Below, one piece after another: positions 61,423 to 64,000 of a stretch of 64,000 bases of DNA. The notes below the pieces were generated by a model. That model worked only from the letters and a program-made list of their open reading frames with translations, did no database searches and was not told where the DNA came from. Made by a program: the position numbers and the translations under genes. Numbering within the stretch: the first letter of the stretch is position 1; every line of letters begins with the position of its first letter. This stretch comes from Eutreptiella sp. 'Long Island Sound 2002' (taxonomy: Eukaryota > Protista > Euglenida): the NCBI GenBank assembly GCA_964036045.1, contig OZ038378.1, forward strand, positions 13,950,001 through 14,014,000, written 5' to 3'.

Positions 61423-62222
61423 TCCTGCCTATTGCCCCTAGATTGTGCATGTTGGGCACTGTTGGCTCGGCAAGCTATACATATGTTGTGAGTTTGGTAA
61501 TTCCATGCGGACGCTCCCAAAATGTATGTTGCGCAAGATGTGAGTGAAATTGTTTGTGCTCACCACAAATTCGTAATGCACTCGGCGCACCAATGTGTGC
61601 AACAACTATGCGTAAAGGACTATAGGAATCGCGCAAGTCAACTTTCAAAAAGTTATGATGCCGCCGACGTGATGGACTATGGCGGACCTTGTTGTTGAAT
61701 CCGCGGAAGAAGCACCCGGTATTGGCTACTTTTGGTTTGGTGTAATGTGGAATCTAAAATCCACGGGACGCAACAATGGTGCGTTGGGAAACGTGCATCG
61801 TGGCATCAATTCACACAGAGCTGCAATTTTTCAAAGACTTGGTCCTATTGTATACATCAAATGAGGGACATTGACCAATTCGATTAGCGTTGGGTTGTTT
61901 GGCCAAGAGTTCCGTGACTTTGCACCATTTGTGCGCTGGTACAGTGTCGAGGAACGTGGCGGAGCAAGGAAAGGGGAATAGGGTGGTCGTGAAGCTTTAA
62001 ACCGGCGCAAAATGTGAAAATTAGTTTTGTCATTTTCTCGGGTCCTTGAGTCATAGCGTTGATTTGCATTCATTATCCGGTTTATACCACATGACAAGTC
62101 ATAGAGAGGCAAAGACCATCGTACCTATTGTGTGACAAAGTTGTTTTGGCTAACCATTGGGTTGTTACTCAAATTGGTTCTTACGTCGAGGGCAAATCTC
62201 GATGCAAATGAGCGGAATACAC

Positions 62223-62382
62223 CTGGGTAATCCTCCTTGGGTGGCATCCTTTCATGCACGTAGTTCATGCCGTATGTCATGATGAAGGTACAAGTGCAAA
62301 AGTAGGCCACGCAAACGAAGAAATCCTTCCACCCCATGTTGGAGCAATTTTGATAGAACGATTTTGCCACGCTGCTCTCCAT
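62223..62382 (-). CDS. Sphingomyelin/IPC synthase-family gene, probable first coding exon
   Basis: TM segment FFVCVAYFCTCTFIMTYGMNY followed by VHERMP, typical before PLPD. Donor CCAG|GTGTAT. The start codon is uncertain. Confidence 0.8.
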
Positions 62383-64000
62383 TTTGGGAGAATCAGATAG
62401 CATGCAATCCACAGCCTATGGAATAACGAAATGGACGAGCCGGTTTCGGTTTGCGGTGTGCAACCGGTTGTTGATAAAGAACATTGACTTTAACAGCAAA
62501 GGCGTGGCACGAAAAATCTGCTCACTCATGCATCAAAACGTGCAGAGGGTGAACCGCAACACACCAATGGGTCAAGGTTGGGTTTTGGGCGGTCGCACGA
62601 CCACGCAAGGGGATACTCACAAGAGACAACAGAGCTTGTCCAATGATCATGAAGCCGGACGAATGTCCGAACAAGGTAGGTGCATCTAAGCGCCCAAGAG
62701 TTCAACATGGGTGCACCACCATTTGTCGTTTGAACTATAAACGTGTGTATGTGATCTAAGGCAGACAATATTGAGAACCTAAAGAACACAAGATCTTTGA
62801 ACATGAAGTGGCACCAAGAATTCAGCAACAAATTCAAATGATCATGTGGAGCGATGAGTGGAAATCGTTCTCATGAAACCAGCCCCGATTCACTGTCCAA
62901 GTCCCCACCTTTTCGCTTTGTTGCTCCGGTACTCTAGTACTCTAGTACTCAGTTACGTGTAAGCATGGACTCACGTAACATGCGCCTTAGCTTGTTCACT
63001 CCACCTTAGCACATCAGCAAATTGCAAAAACTTGAATAGGGAAAATTTCTCACGAGCACCAAGGCACCCCCCAAACGGGGTATTGTCGGATGGTGAGGCC
63101 CCATTCTCGACGACCGACGAACATAAATTGGCCTTGAAGCGCAATTCGTTGCATTGGTGGTTCATGACAAAGTATGGGAATTCGACCTTCGTCTTGTGGT
63201 ATTGGATGTGACTATGCGAACCGGGCTACATTTTTTTGTTTTGCGGATCACGGTGTCCAACGTGTAAATGCGCTTCCCAAAGTTGTTGCGTTGCACAGAA
63301 ATGCGTGGACACGCGGAGTGTTGCGATGCACGAAGGGACCTAAGACAGCACGCCCATGGCACTGTGGGACCCCGATGGTGGGGCAAAAAGAAAAGGAGAA
63401 TCGATACTTGGAAGGCCGAATATTCCCAGGCATGTGCAAGGGTCACACACCAAAAGTTGAAATGTGTGGATTCAGGCTTCATAACCCCTTCCGTATCGCG
63501 GTCAGCATTGATTCACTATTTCTCAATGAATGTCGAGGCCTTCAAAAACCCGCCAACCGTAAGTACCATGGATGCGATAATTTTGCTAACTTGAGAATCG
63601 GGGTCAAATACAAAGGTTGGCGCGCTTTCGAAAGACCGGGTGAAGTCCACTCTGACACCACCGTCTCGTTAAGAGGCGGGTTTGTTTTCCTCTTAGAGAG
63701 CAACACTGTGGCACGAAAAGGCTCCCTCGGTTTTTGGTAATTCATCGGTATGTTGGAGAAATTCCAATTTTTCGAAGACCCACGAATTTTGCACTGTTGA
63801 GCAACTGCCCGTTCTGGAGGGAGGTGGGAGGGCACGTGTGCATTGGACATGGTTCATTCACCATAACCCCCCGCCCCCCTATTTTGAGGGTGCTGGATCC
63901 AAAAAGAAGCATGGTTGGGTCGTATTCCTCCTAGAGACTTGTAACTTCCCAAGTGACAACCCTTTGATCCCAGAAGCACATCATGCAGCAGAACACCAGT

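Noticed and set aside
59281-61520. Cys/Val-rich or NTTQH ORFs, and the FVCL ORFs at 35253-35919
   Set aside because: These are translations of the (TTGTG)n, (CACAA)n and (AAAC)n microsatellites.
63162-63934. 188-aa plus-strand ORF and neighbours
   Set aside because: No recognisable motifs or splice pattern, and the window ends before context is available.

Overview
This is eukaryotic, repeat-rich genomic DNA, most likely from a photosynthetic euglenid. That is an inference from a bipartite, stop-transfer-type plastid targeting presequence, TTAGGG-like repeats and GT-AG introns. Four host genes are supported, all on the minus strand: (1) a 2-exon secreted protein with four tandem cystine-knot-like domains (12228-13966), (2) DPH4/DNAJC24 (23787-24185), (3) a plastid-targeted DUF3783-like protein (31085-32071), and (4) a multi-exon sphingomyelin/IPC synthase-family gene (54768-62382). 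Two near-full-length APE-type non-LTR retrotransposons dominate the rest. One is an L1/Tx1-like element ending in a cellular-type RNase H (3778-9860). The other is a ~10.7-kb element with a TAATG stop-start junction, a 664-aa leader polypeptide, a 2A-like GDMHPNPGP motif before the endonuclease and a 124-aa insertion in the RT palm (39982-50717). Also present are a decayed piggyBac-like gene with an apparent intron, a palindromic 108-bp satellite, Harbinger-type MITEs with YAG target duplications, a ubiquitin pseudogene, a tRNA-like relic and many microsatellites. All domain calls were made by eye from motifs; no searches were run. Most short ORFs in the supplied track are noise.
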